Assembly: GCF_037042905.1 (NCBI RefSeq)
Contig: NC_087249.1
Coordinates: 7,504,001 to 7,568,000 of the forward strand
Source: Lytechinus pictus
Taxonomy: Eukaryota
Length of the DNA stretch: 64,000 nucleotides
Direction: 5' to 3'
Under the pieces are notes generated by a model. The model did not search any database. It worked only from the letters and a program-made list of their open reading frames with translations, and was not told where the DNA came from. Shown piece after piece: positions 26,983 to 42,000 of this stretch. The position numbers and the translations under genes are program-made. Position 1 is the first letter of the stretch, and each line of letters opens with the position of its first letter.

Positions 26983-27579
26983 AGGGGAATCCAACCCAAA
27001 TAAAAACTTGTTTTTATAAGAAAGAGAGAAATCAGACAAGTTGATATGTGAAAGTTTGAACAATATTGGACAAACAACAAGAAAGTTATGAATTTTTAAA
27101 AGTTGTAAATATTGGTAATCACTATACTCATGGAGACTTCAAATTGGCCACATATGGGATGTCATAGTGATGTAAGGCAAGGACTACTCTTCCATGTACT
27201 CCACTACATATTATGGCTAAAATGTCATTTTTCCGAAAAGTTTTATTTCAAATTACATTTTCTTTCATGAGGACATTATAAAACAATATACTACCTGGGT
27301 TATATTTAGATTACTGCCCCAGGGGAATGGGTACTTAGGAGAAAACCACAAAACCCTGATAATAAAGTACATGGCCTATGGGAAAGTTGTCCTTGCCCCT
27401 TGTCATAATTTACTTACCCAGTTGCCAATTTGAAATCTACATACTATTAGTGATCCCAATTTTAAAGCAGCTATAACTTTCTTATTGCTTGTCCGATTTC
27501 TTTCAAATTTTCACCATTCTGTTTAATTTATTTTTCTCCTTCCCAACACAACATTTTATGGCCAAGGCTGGATTCCCTT
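26983..27579. mobile_element. TTAA-flanked (Kolobok-like) MITE, second family
   Basis: TTAA|AGGGGAATCCAACC...GGCTGGATTCCCTT|TTAA. Confidence 0.85.
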
Positions 27580-28454
27580 TTAACGCTACATTGGTATAAT
27601 CATGGACCTATGAAAGCTGGACATTCATCGGTTAGTTAATTAATTCACTAACATCTGACTGTCATTGTCATGTGAATAACATTCTCTTCATATTTATCTC
27701 CTGTGATACCATCATGGTCGCCGTCAATTAAACCATGAGTTACAGAAGCTTTCGGTGATTAGACATTTAACAATTAGACAAATTGCATGCGCAGAAGGTA
27801 ATAAATTACCTAAATTCTCGGAAATTAATGTGCAGTTCTGGTTTACAAATGGTTATCTTAGTTTCCATGGTTTTTATTTGGAAAAATGTATGAATATTTC
27901 AAGATAGAGGCTGAAATGAAATTGATTGATTGTAATTTATAATCACATTTTAAAGATTTCCTCATGATATTCCAGAAAAACATGGTGGGTTTCTTGTAGG
28001 GGCCGTCTCCCTCTCGTAGTTAGAAAAGTCATTATGAGTGTGCAGAAGCGTGCAAATCGATAATAATAAATTTGATATCACAAAAATCGTCTGCTTCTCA
28101 ATTTGCTGTTCCAAATCTGAAACATCTTAACTGAAAGGTATAATCTGTTACAAGACATCAGCCAACAAACGACAAAAAGAGGAAAACATTCCTTTGTAAA
28201 AATCAGATTCGCCTCGGTAGCCGCTATTGTCGAAACACCTGTATGTTCTCATTAATATGCACATAATCAGGAGACGGCGACTATGATTGCATCAAAAGAA
28301 TGCTCGCGTTAATCGTCCATTTCTTATAGGTCCATGGTATAATCAATGAAACGGGGAACATTAACGTCCACGTTAATCAGTATAATCGCTTACCTGTACG
28401 ATATAAACGACAGAAATTACTCCTTTACTCTTGGACATATAATGTGGAGGTAAT

Positions 28455-28527
28455 GCCCAAGCGGGGATTCGATCTCGCAACCTTGCGATCATGAGACCAA
28501 TTATTTAACCACTAGACCACTCGACCC
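28455..28527 (-). mobile_element. Degenerate tRNA-like SINE head
   Basis: Reverse strand reads GGGTCGAGTGGTCTAGTGG...AGATCGAATCCCC, similar to the head at 7840. Confidence 0.55.
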
Positions 28528-28962
28528 TTTTGTTTGATTAAAATATTTTATTGTAAAAGAATACAAATCATACAAAGTTTTTATAAAATGAACTTTTAAA
28601 AAAATCTCTACCAATTATTCCTCTCTTTATATTTCATTCACTTGTTCCCACCTTTTATCTTCCCTTTCCTCCTCTCCTTTCTTTTCTGTTTTCTTTTTCT
28701 TTTCCGTTTTTTTCTTCTTTTATTCATGTTCATTCGTCAGACTTGGTGCCTTGCTCCTGGATTCCGGACATCTCCGAAGAAAGCCAAGTTCTTGATTGTT
28801 ACTTACTTTCATTAACATTAATTGGAGGAAAGACTCGTTAAATAAACCAATAGCCTGACATTGGTGGAAACTGGCTTAGTTCGGAATCTCCGAACAAACA
28901 GCCAAGAGTACAGCTACCATCCGAATGGTTTATTCCAGGACAGATCGCATCCTGGAGACAAG

Positions 28963-31900
28963 ATGGCCATCGAGAGGCAGATAACCCTGTTGATAGGTTG
29001 CTTGGAGACACTATTTTACGGAGGTACCATATTCGGATGGCCATCACTTGTATTTATACTGAAGGATATCGGCTACTACGGAGGAGACTGTCTCCAGAGC
29101 ACTGATGACGTCAACGCTTCTGCTACATCTTCCGCCCCGCCTTGTTCTTCATGTGGGGATCAGAGATCGATTGGTAAATCATATGTGCCCCTTTTTTTCT
29201 AAAAATATTACATCTTTAACTGGAAATATTTGTGAGAGTTTTACTCTTTTAACATGTGACTTATACACTCTAAATTCAAAGGATTAAAAATAAATCCAGA
29301 TCGGCTGTGAATGGTGACCAGCCAAATTTTGGATTTATTTTTAATCTTTAGGATGAACTTTTAAATCTCAAATGATTCAAATTCAAATCTTTTAGCTTTA
29401 TGTTTAAATCCTGATGGTTTAAATCTTAATCTTTTACTCGGCTGGTCACTATTAACAGCCGATTTGGATTTATTTTAAATCCTTGGAAATTAGAGTGTAG
29501 TTAAGATTTTGCTTTTTTTACTTTGATAAGTCTTCTGATATTTTTATTCTTAAGAAAAAAATACTTGATTAACTTATCACAGCTTTATATACATTTAACC
29601 AAGGACTTTGTATGTGACTGTTTTATGAACGGAAGAGGAACTTCAAATTTGCTCATATTTCCTATATGGTATTAATTGTCGATGAAAATATTCCGTGTTT
29701 TCGGGGAGGGGAGGAAGGAGGTGATTTTTTTTAATTTGCCATACAAAGTGTTCTTGAATAATATCATCAAAGAATAGGCCCTTCGTAAAGAAGAGATGAC
29801 ATTCATCAATTATATTCGTATTCGTATAAGTTCGGGAGGGGGTCCATAATGCCACTATCGTATTGATTTCCTTGCTACTGTAATAGGATGTGGAATATTC
29901 CATGTCATAAAGAAAAGGATGATTTTTATTATCGTTTTCCCACATTTCTGTTTGCAGATGCTGATGTACCCTCTTCCACAAACATTTCCTCGGTCTTATC
30001 TTGTCATTCCCAAGACGCCAGTCTTCAGTTGGTTTATTCTGTCGCCATTTCCATTCAACTCTTCTCCTTCTTTCCGATGGGTGTCCTCTTCGATGTATTT
30101 GGGACCAGGGTTACTCGAGTCTTATTTAGGTATATATACAGTCAAACCTGAGTTAGTATCCACCTGTCTATAGCAGCCACCTGCCTACAGTGACCACTAA
30201 AACTTATTCCCTTTGAAGCAGATGTGTAAGAACCTGTCTATATCAGTTACCTTTCTATAAAGGCCATAATTTATGCTTCATTTTAATACGTGGCCACTAT
30301 AATACAGGTTTCACTGTACTCCCTAAATTCCTTAGATTGAAATATATTAAGATCAAGGGCCAATCCAAAGTTTGATTAGACTTTTCAATCGAATTTTGGA
30401 TTGGTCCCAGACCATTAGATTGACTTTCAATCTACGGAATTTAGAGAGTACCTTAAACTATTAACACACACTGCAAAAACTCCAGTATTGATTTAACACC
30501 AGCCTGGAACCTATATATGTCCACACCAGAGAAGTGTTAAACAACACCAGTTTCGTTTTGGTCTAACACCAGATAGGTGTTTATACAACACCAATTAGTA
30601 TTAAAAAAGCATCGGTTTGATTCCAAACTGGTGTTGTTTCAATACTTCTCTGGTGTGGACATACTGTATATAGATCCCGGGCTGGTGTTGTATCCAACGC
30701 TGTATCCAACAATATGTACACTGCAAAAACACCGGTGTTGATTTAACACCAGCCCGGAATCTATATATGTCCACACCAGAGAAGTGTAAACTACACCAGT
30801 TTGGTTTCGGTCTAACACCAGATAGGTGTTTATACAACACCAATTAGTATTAAAAAAGCATCGGTTTGATTCCAAACTGGTGTTGTTTCAATACTTCTCT
30901 GGTGTGGACATACTGTATATAGATCCCGGGCTGGTGTTAAATCAACACCGGAGTTTTTGCAGTACAAATTGTTGGTGATTTTAATGAAGTCTATGTAGCA
31001 TTACTTGGGGACCTGTATGGCGCTACAGAGGGGGGGGGGGGGGGGGGGGGCGTCCACTGTTATTTTTCCAAATATAAAAAAAATCTCAATAGTAAAGGAA
31101 GTAAGAAAGAAAAGAAGAGTTGAAATGTTGACAAAGTCTTATTCAGCATTCTGGCAAGATTTATTTTCTTTTATGTGCACTTTTCTGATTATTTTTCTTC
31201 AAATCCTTTTTTTTCTTCTTTTCTTTAGTGTACTACTTCTCGCGGGTAACCTGTTCATCGGATTCAGTTCCCCGGAACTACCGGGTCTTCTGTATCCAGG
31301 AGCTATCTTCATGGTGACCGGTGGCACAGCAGTTATCATCTGTAACATGGAGGTTGGTCAAAGAAATATTATCCTTGAGTTTTGATTTAGAAGGGGACGC
31401 AAACGACTACCAAGGAAACCTATTGTCTTAAATTTCACCAACAATTTGCCCTTTCAATTTTTTTTGTTCAAAAACATAGGTCTACACTCTTAAAATAGTT
31501 GGGCAAAAAATGCACACCTTTTAACTAACCCTGGGCAAAATACTGTCCACACAACTATTGGATAAAATCTGTCAAACTTGGGTAATAAAAACTAGTAATT
31601 GGCCGATGAATTTGCTCCATTGGATAATAATTGCCCAGAATATATATAGTTTTTACCAACTTACATTGCCCAACATTTTAAGTGTCTAGGCTATTATGAA
31701 AAACCTTTGTATAAGAAATAGTCAATATCTTCATTTGAGCTCAAAATATTCCTGCTTAGTTGACCTAAAAATGCTAACATTCATTCATTCATTCATTCAT
31801 TCATTCATTCATTCATTCATTCATTCATTCATTCATTCGTTCGTTCATTCATTCCTTCGTTCATTCATTCATTCGTTCATTCATTCATTCGTTCATTCAT

Positions 31901-33000
31901 TCATTCATTCGTTCATTCATTCATTCATTCATTCATTCATTCATTCGTTCATTCATTCATTCATTCGTTCATTCATTCATTCATTCATTCATTCATTCAT
32001 TCATTCATTCATTCATTCATTCATTCATTCATTCGTTCATTCATTCATTCATTCATTCATTCACCATTCGTAACGATTGGAATAAAGGTATTGATCATTT
32101 CAGTTTGACTTAAAAATATTCACGACAAGGTTAAATATATTACAGACAAAGTTATACCGTATCAGACACAATAGAGTACATTAGATAATTATCGATCTTG
32201 AGGAAAATGTGGACCTTGAAATACAAAGCATAACAGTAGGTTTTCGTTATATCATTCAATTACATTAAAATACATACATATGATATAACTTACTAATGAT
32301 ATTGTGATTATCAATACTGATAATCACAATACTGATAATCAGGGATTCAAAATAAATCCGTTGTGAATAATGTGACCAGTCGAAATTTTGAATTATTTTA
32401 AATCTTAAATCTCAAAAGATTTGAATTCAAGTCTCTATAACCATAACCTTTATAGGTTCAAATCTAAATCTAATATTCTGTCGGTCACTATTCACAGACG
32501 ATCTTGATCAATTTCAAATCCTTGATATTTTAGATTCTACTTTTAGTGATAATTTACTATTTTCTATTTCATCGTCTTACTTTGAATCAGATTGGAAAAT
32601 TGTTTCCCTCTCACAAGTCGATAGTCATCACTGCTCTACAGGGTTTATACGGATCCGCACAAGTCGTCTTCCTTATAATAAAGGTAATACAGATACTGAG
32701 GTATGAGAAGTGGGCAAGTGTGTGTGTGTGTGGGATGGGGCCTTAGTCTGTGTGTGTGTTGGTGCATGTTAGTGGGTGTTTTTTTTGGGGGGATGGTATA
32801 TTAGACAAAAAGCAGTATAAAGATATTTGTCAATTAATGCAAATGACGACGTGAAATTGGTGAAGCTCCCCCCAAATATTTTGTTCACTCTCTCTATCCC
32901 CTTAACGCCCCCTCTCTCTTTCCCTCGATCTCCATCCCTCCCTCCATTTCCCTCTCCCTCTCTCTTTCCCCTTCTCTCTCTCCATCTTTCTTTCCCTCTT

Positions 33001-33035
<35 letters not shown>

Positions 33036-36000
33036 CATCTGCCACGTTATAGGTAGCATACGAAGCTGGGTTCTCCATGCCGACAATTCTCTTCATCTCA
33101 GCCGGTTGCACTCTTCTCCTAAACATCAACACATTCATCCTCCTGCCTGCCAATCACATTCCTTGGCCACTCCCACCGGACTACAGGCTTATCAGATGCT
33201 GTGGGAAGCGGCCCGAGGCCCCGCCCACTTCTACTCCTGCTTTCTATAACAAGGCGTATGTGGTTGACGGTGAGAAAGCTGAAGAGTGGCCTATATCTAA
33301 AATTAAAGGTAATGAATAATTATATTTATGAATGGGATATCACTTAAATTATTATTTATGTACATCTCATAATTCGACGCTCCCTATGTATCATAATTAT
33401 CTGGTCAAAGTCTTGAATCTCAGATTCGAACAGGTTTATATACATGTTTAATGAATATGCTAGGTCTATATAGTTTGATTCAAGAATTACCGATGTCTTC
33501 TTCACATCTTCTTAAACTTGTCTAGGCAATCAATAAATCCAGGCACCATTACCAATTATTCAAAGTTTGTAGAGATGTAATTGAACAAGTTCGTATATCC
33601 ATCACTAAAATCCTCTTATCAATTCATTTCAGGAAATGTACATGAGAATAAAGTCGTTGAGATTAAACCGACGTCAGAGAACAGAAGTGGCAGTTCACTT
33701 AGAAGGGCGCCCTCACCCCCGTCGCCAACCCAATATCTTCCACAGTACACGTCATTCAGATCCTGCATATTCTCTCTTCCGTTTTGGGCCATACTCATGT
33801 GGCAGGCTATTCTGGAACTGGATGTCATTTTCACCCTTGGAGTGTTGAATTATTTCTTGACCAGACTAGCAAATGGAGACACAGATATCGGTATGTACCT
33901 CCATTCCTTCCTATTTTTATGGTGTCTTCTGCGAGTGTGTCGAGTTCTTTTTTATGTTTAATGTCTTAATGGGAAATCCACCTCCCAAAAAAATTGTTTT
34001 AAAAAATAAGAAAAATCAGACAAGTGGAAAGTTGAAAATTTGAAGGATGGAGCATATGTTTATTACTTTTCGTACAATATAAAAAACTTGAAATCTGAGA
34101 GCATTTCGTGACACGAATTTTTCACTATTTTTCCCCTGATTAGATCATACGCAAGGATTTCAGTAGTTGATAACAAATAGTGAAATTCACCATTTGTTTT
34201 TATGAAATTGCTCCTCAGGAGATTTGGCGTTATATAAAAATTATTCTCATTATAGTATTCTGATGATTTTCGGACAATGGCCTTTGTATACTCTACGTTT
34301 TTGTCGAAATGAACTGTTTGCTTATCATTTGTTATGTATTCCTGGAAATTAACATAAACTAAGCTTTATTTTTGTCGTAATTTATTGCATTATTCCTTTT
34401 GTAATTTGTAAGATTACCCCCTCAGCAATACCTTCAAATTAGTTTTCCTCTTATATCATAATTTCGGTTTATCTACTTTGCGTAGGCTCATTGCGTATGT
34501 TATTTTGTATTATTGTATATATCCCTTCATCGTAGTCTTACAAAGTTTTTCATCCCTATTTTTATTACTTTATTCCCATGCAACCTTATGGTTATATTAT
34601 CTTTATGTTATATTCATCTCTATAACTTATATTTCGTTTATGTATCAAATGCTCAGAAACAATGCGTATTAAATGCTATACAAATGTGTGTACAGCATCT
34701 CTAACGAGATGGAAATGGCTCCTAATAAATTGCATAATATCATTCTATTTATCTTTTGGTTTCCAGTGAGTTCATATACAAATGTTTTCATCATTACGCA
34801 GCTGACTGCTGTTGTGCTAGGTCCAGTTGGTGGTCTTGTCGTTGAAAGGAATAAGACAGGTCCATGTAAAAATGGTGAGTTTAAAGATCAAGTCCACCCC
34901 AGAAAAATGTTGATTCGAATAAAAAGAAAAAAATCAAACTAGCTTAATGCTGAAAATTTCATCAAAATCGGATGTAAAATAAGAAAGTTATGACATTTTA
35001 AATTTTCGCTTATTTTTCAAAAAACAGAGATATGCACAACTCAGTGACATGCAAATGAGACAGACGATGATGTCCATCACTCACTATTTCTTTTGTTTTT
35101 TATTGTTTGAATTATACAATATTTCATTTTTTTTACATATTTGACAATAAGGACCAACTTAAATGAACCATATAGTAGTAAACAATGCTAATTCCACATG
35201 TCCAGGGAGGAATTAATCGCTGTTTCACTTGACAATAAGGGGAAATTAGAATATTTCATATTTCATGTAATAAAATACAAAAGAAATAGTGAGTGGATGA
35301 CGTCATCAGTCTCCTCATTTGCATACCGACCAGGATGTGAATACAACTGTTTTGTGAAATTAAGCGAAACTTTAGAATGTCATAACTTACTAATTTTACA
35401 TCCGATTTTGATGAAATTTTCAGTTTTATATTTGTTGGATTTTTCTCTTTTTATTCAAATCAACTTTTTGGTGGGGTGGACTTGTCCTTTAAGGTCTACA
35501 GAGGAAACGATATGTTGGAGGGAGCGGCACCCAGCCCCCCCCCCCCCTTCTCTCCCAGCCTCCTCTCCCTTCCGCCCACTGCAAAACTGTTACATGTCAT
35601 TAACTGAAGAAGAATATCCGTTGCAGTCGAAACAAGCTCTCTGTCTCGCAAAATGAAGCCACTTTTCATTTCGTTTCGTTTATTTCCATTCTTGGTTCCA
35701 TACATCTTGATATATATAATTATGTACGCAATAAAACAAAGAAAAATGTTATGTACTTTTGGAAGATAAGACATAACACATTTTTTTGCAATCCTATATG
35801 AATACTACTTTTTAGAAAGTAGCTTTGAGAGAAAATATCCAAAATTTCTTTCAAAAGAAAATTTTTGGCGGGAAGACGTTTCATAAAGAGCAAACTTAAT
35901 TCATGAAATTAGAGCTTATTTGCTATACATTATCCCAACTTTTGACGTTGTCTAAATACTTCATAATGAAGTGAGACAGTCTTGGCTGAATATTATGTAC

Positions 36001-39000
36001 ATTAAAGGGGCTTTCAAAGCTGGGTGTTTCGGGCATTGTATGTCGACATACGTATGGCAACCGTAGTTTCCCTTAGTCCTATAATTATCTTGCTCTTAAT
36101 ATTTGTTCTTTTGTTATCAGCAGAAAGCCCTTTCTAACCTATTGTACTGTATTTATTTTTACAGGCGTTCCCACCACAGGCGTTTGCTTCCAGGGTCTTA
36201 CGCCTTCTTCTATAAACACAACTTGGATATTTGTATATTCTAGATGACAAACTGATTTTTGTAGGCATATAACATTTGAAGACCGTAAATCATCTTTAAA
36301 TGACCTGCCACATGATCCATACATTTACATTTAATTTTTCATTAGGGCGATTACATAAAATAATCAACCTTTTTGTACATCCGACCCCCATTTTTCTCAA
36401 GTCTAACTTCATCAAGTCTCATGGTCATTTAAAGAACCAGAAATCAGAGACAGAAAATTTCATGAAGGTCCCACATATAGGGGGTCGGACGTACATATTT
36501 TATGGAATTGCCCATTAGCTTTAATTTGATACCAAACATATGTTTATTCTGTAAAGTAGAAAAATCATAAATGAGAGGAATAAATAAGAATGGGCGTGGT
36601 TTATGACGTCAATAGAAAAAAAATGCCCAGGTGGCACCCTTCGGATTCTTGAAAAAGAAGCCCCGTACTACCACTTTGAGCAAAAAAAAAAGAAGAAAGA
36701 AATGCATAATGACGGTCATGTCAAGATTTCGGTCATATCTACCTAAGTTGTGACACAATTCTTAAACATCACATGTTCGTTTTATCTGTTTATTTGACAC
36801 TCAAAACCAATCATTTCTCTCCGGGAAATATAACTGAAAACCCCCAGATATTTCCCCATTTAATAACAAAGAAAGAGCAAAGTGAACAATGAACATATAT
36901 AGAGTAAACAAAATTGGCACACGTATATGGCTTCCCACATGATATAGCACTGAGTTAGACAAAGCCTATGAAGTTCAACTGTATTTCAGAATAAGGGCCT
37001 TTATGTTCTAACCCCATAGAGAAGTATTCCAATATTCTAATCTATCTCCTATCTTTTGAATTAAGGACTCAAAACAAGGAACTATTACGATGATATCCTG
37101 GATTGCTGCCTTCCACTCGCATTACCGAGCCTCCTATCTGCGGCCTACTCGGGAATATTCCTTATCCCTAATATAGAAGTGCAGTACCTGGCCTTTATGC
37201 TCATCACCTTCTTTCGTGTGTTCTTCTTCGGTACCGGACCAGTCATTGTTTCTGCCATGTAAGAATAATTACATTGTCATTAAAGGTTCCATGACATTTG
37301 CTCCAACGATTTTTGCTATGATGGAAAATGTGCGCGTTAAATATAAATACCAGTTGTGGTAATGATCTCAAAATGAGTTCGAAAAGAATCCAATTAAATT
37401 ACCACCAAAGTGTTGGAATGTATAAAAAAAACATATGTGCCGAATATCTCTGGAAGAAAATGCCTAATTGATGAGAAATGAGCAAAATAAGCACGAAATA
37501 TTATTACTCTGACCCACATCGGATTTTCTGTGTTAATGATCATCAGAATTATCGATTTTGAGCTAAGATTTCATGATTTTACAATAATGAGTTTACATTA
37601 ATGTACCAGATCTGGATGTATGATAATATTTTGAAAATTAATCTTGATTCAAAAGACTTTCTCATGAAAACTACTGCAACTTCTGTCTTTTACCTTGAAG
37701 TCAAACATATTAAAATCTAACCTCCAAAATGAAATAAACCCCAATCCTTATCATTAAATCATTCTGAACTGAAAACTCTTATTACAATCCTAACTCAGAG
37801 ATATTAAGAACGGAGCATCATGTCGCAGGAGCAAATGCCGGGTCACCGTCATTAAACCTGTCGCAAACAAAACAGTTGATTTGAATTAAAAAAAAGATAA
37901 ACAGAAATCATTTTCATTAAAATTGAATGCAAAATAAGGAAGTTATTAAATTTTAGAGACTCAGAGTTCTGCTAATTTCACAAGATCGCTTGTTTCACAA
38001 GAGACTCGTAGTAACATATATGATTTGCCAATGAGAGAGCCGAGAGTCGCACTCAGTATTTTCATTTTACATGTATTTCATTATTCAATTCAATTCGCAT
38101 TTATTTCATTTTCGGTAAAAAATAGACACAAAACAAAATGTACAAAATTATTAACAAGCAAAATAAAAAATGAAAATGGAACAGGGACTGTTTAAAAAGC
38201 CAAGAGGCCTTGTACATGCGCAGTTCCCAAAATGAATTACAGAATATTTCAATTTTCACAGATTTGACCTTAACTCTTAATGTGCCATTCACTATATTCA
38301 GCGAGTACCATGTTTTTTTCAAAGAGTCTATATTTAATTGTTTTACTAAAAAAGTTTTTTTTAAGGGAATGACTCCTGAGACAATATTAAACCTCTTGAC
38401 CATAAGCTGAACTGAACAATGGAAACACTCATGCATGCAATGCACTCCTCAAAATGCAATAGGCGTAACAATAGCTGTATGACCATTGCACGAAAATGTG
38501 TTCGTGGCACTCCAGTGGATGCACAGATATGTGTTCGTGGCACGTTCTTTGGATGATAATAGTTCGTACTAATATAAATTCGACAAGTTCAGAGAGGAAT
38601 GGAATTTTGTTTCACATTATAGGGAAAAGTTGAAATAATTGGCTGACGTCATCAGTATCCTCATTTGCATACCGACAAGGGTGTGCATAACTTTTTTGTG
38701 TAATAATAAGCGAAACTTTAAAATACTAGCACTTTCTTATTATAAATCTGATTTTGATTAAATATTCACAGAGTTAAACCCGTCTTTGATTTTTATCTTT
38801 AAAACAACGTTTTGTTGGGATTTTCTTTGCCGTGTATAAACAAATTTTACATATATGTGCGGTCATTTTGAGCAGGTTCTATACACAACCGTGACTTTAG
38901 CTGAAGATGTTCAAACTGTTCAAACTGTTATTTTATGTAATGTTCGATATTGCTTTGTAAATTATCTTAAATATGTTTGAAGTGCCGAATAAATAATAAA

Positions 39001-42000
39001 TAATAAATAAATAAATAAACTGAATAAAGGCAATTAATCACTAGTTACTGAGCAATGAGTAAACTATTTCGCAATGTTCAGATCAACGACCGTAGAGGGC
39101 AGAAACACTTTGCAGTATGCAACACTCATAGAGATATATACTAATAACGCAATTAGTATATATCTCTATGGCAACACTGGTGTGTGTTACTGCCCACGTA
39201 GGTTCAGATCTACTTTAGATCGACATTTATATGAGTTCGATGTCTTAGTGATACTTGTTTTCCTCTGTACTTAAGTACGTTGGCGTGCCAATAAACGGTC
39301 ATATTCAATTGTGACACAATTTCTGGGTTTGCCGGAGTGAGAATATTGGTGGTAAATACCACATCGATAATTTTTGAGGAAAATAGTTGGAAATGTAGGG
39401 AAATACTAAACGAACTATACTTTGAATATATTCGGGTATTGCCCAGGGTGTATTCTCAACTATATTCTAGCATTCACTGTACCTCCCCACCTTGGTGGGA
39501 AATACGTGACTTTCCCGGGAAATTGCCAACCCCGAGTAATCCGGTTACTATTACCCAATATGTAACATAAGTAATACACAACTGAATTTTCACAAGTGCA
39601 TTTCATCTTTGAAGGGGAAATTCACCCCGAAGAAAGTTGTATTTAAGAATAACAGAAAATATAATAAAAATATTGTTCAAGTTTGAGAGAAGTCCACGAG
39701 CAACTGCCCCGTATGTTTTCGAATATAAAATGCAGAAATTTCAATTTTTTTAATGGTTCATGATGACTAAAACTTTCTTCTTTAAGGAGCGGGTGTGAAA
39801 TGATTTGTCTTTCGATATACTAAAGGTATAATAAAACCCATTTCATTTTTTTAGGAAATAACTTTTCATTATTTTGATACATGTGAACATGCTCACGTAA
39901 CGTCACAAATTAAAAAAATGATACGTTTTAATTCTTTGATGGATTTTCCTCAAACCTTCACCAATATTTTTCATTACTTTTTTCTGCTAGTTTTACAATG
40001 AAATTGTTGTCCGAGGGTAAACTTCCCCTATAACTCTCTCGGAAAGCTTTGTGTTTTTATTTTTTTTTCTTCAGATTTCCGCAGAAGTATTTCGGTCGTA
40101 TATACGGTGTCATCCGGACTATAACGGGTTTAGTAACCCTGCTTCAGTATCCCATCTTTATTCTCATACAAGAGTATCTAGATGATGATCCCTTCTACGT
40201 GAGTCATACACTCTTAAAGAATGAAATGTTAAATCAGCTCTTGAAAGGTTGGAGGAGAGACAACCTCATCCAAATGTTGCATTTACCACTTTACATGGTT
40301 CAACCAAACACTTACACTGCAAAAACTCAGGTGTTGATTTAACACCAGCCCGGAATCTATAGTATGTCCACACCAGAGAAGTATTGAAACAACACCAGTT
40401 TGGAATCAAACCCATGCTGTTTTAATACTAATTGGTATTGTATAAACACCTATCTGGTGTTAGACCGAAACCAAACTGGTGTAGTTTAACACTTCTCTGG
40501 TGTGGACATATATAGATTCCGGGCTGGTGTTAAATCAACACCGGTGTTTCTGCAGTGTACATATTGTTGGATACAGCTTTATGCATGGTTGAATATGATA
40601 CCTGGTTGTCACTCCTCTATCCTTTCGAACGTTGATTAAGCATTTCATAATTTAGAGTGTACAATGAACTATATACATATTATATGAAAAGAATCTTAAA
40701 GCCAGAATGTAATTTTGGTAAGGATTTGATAGTATGGTTTGGATAATGATTATAAGATTAAACGATAATGATTGTAATATTTGAAACTTTAAAATGTGCA
40801 ATGGAAGGTCGTTATAACAAGTTCGGTCTGCTTTAAAAAATATAATAAATTTGACCGCAAAATTAAATTCAACGCCTTTTCTTTGTAACGTAATGTTTCA
40901 TTTGCTTTCAAATTAAGCCTTATATTACCATAAAATTTATGCTTTGTTCATATACAGTGCGTCCTAGAAAAAAGGAAACCGAGATTCCGATGTCTTTTTT
41001 CTTCAAAGGCAAATGATTTATAATATTTCATTTACATAATCATATAATTCGGTTATTCCTCCTTGTTTTAATACCTAATGTGAGACAAACACTTCAAGCA
41101 TTGATGAGCAAGACGAGTTTGAAATTTTATTGTCAAAATCAAGGTGCGCAGAAAATGTGGACATGATTGGTTCGTGATACGACGAACAGGCTTAATCCAC
41201 GAATGGCTCATTAGCATTTCTTCTCTCTCTGATCCCTGTAATGAGAAAGGATTCAGATTCACACATGAGTTTCTGCGCAAATCGTTTCTGACATGCCTCA
41301 ATATTTATTGTTTGTAATCTTCAAATTAGAGATGAGATTCCACTCTTGCAATGAGTATCAAATTTATAGTAAAAACATATTTAATGATTGTTGAATCTAT
41401 GTCTGAAAGCGGGTATCCTGTTTTGTGGGACGCCCTGTATATCTGAAAACTAATTACAAAAGAAGTTTTCTTCTTTATCCATCGTATGAAACGTATGAAG
41501 CTATAAGATCAAGAGAGGGGTAGGATGAAAGGTCGTTTTACTATACTGTTGTAAAACTTTCCAGAACAAAACAAAATTATTAGAAGAAATCCCATACCTC
41601 TTATTTGGGAGTAATTTAGTTATTGATAATTAAGATAATTGAATTAATAGAACAGTTCAGCAGATTCATACTCTTTCTCCGTTTTATTCCAATCTATTCG
41701 TGATAATTGCATTCTTCAAAACACGTTCAAGCTTAATCTAAAAGTTTTCCTGCCTTTGTGTTTCTAGGCAAAATGATAGAAAAATGCAATTTATAAAACC
41801 AGGTTCAATATCACCAATCACAATAAAAACGCTGTTCGACATTTTTATACGACGCTGTTACTATATGAACCTTACAGTAATTGTTTAAACGGTACAAACA
41901 ACCATGCTTAATATATTGAAAATTAAACTTTGTTGTTTAAGATTTAAACACTTGATTAAACCGTTTTGATAAACAACTACTCTAAGATTCATATATAAAC

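Noticed and set aside
31696..32073. 125-aa HSFI-repeat ORF
   Set aside because: Translation of a (CATT)n microsatellite in an intron.
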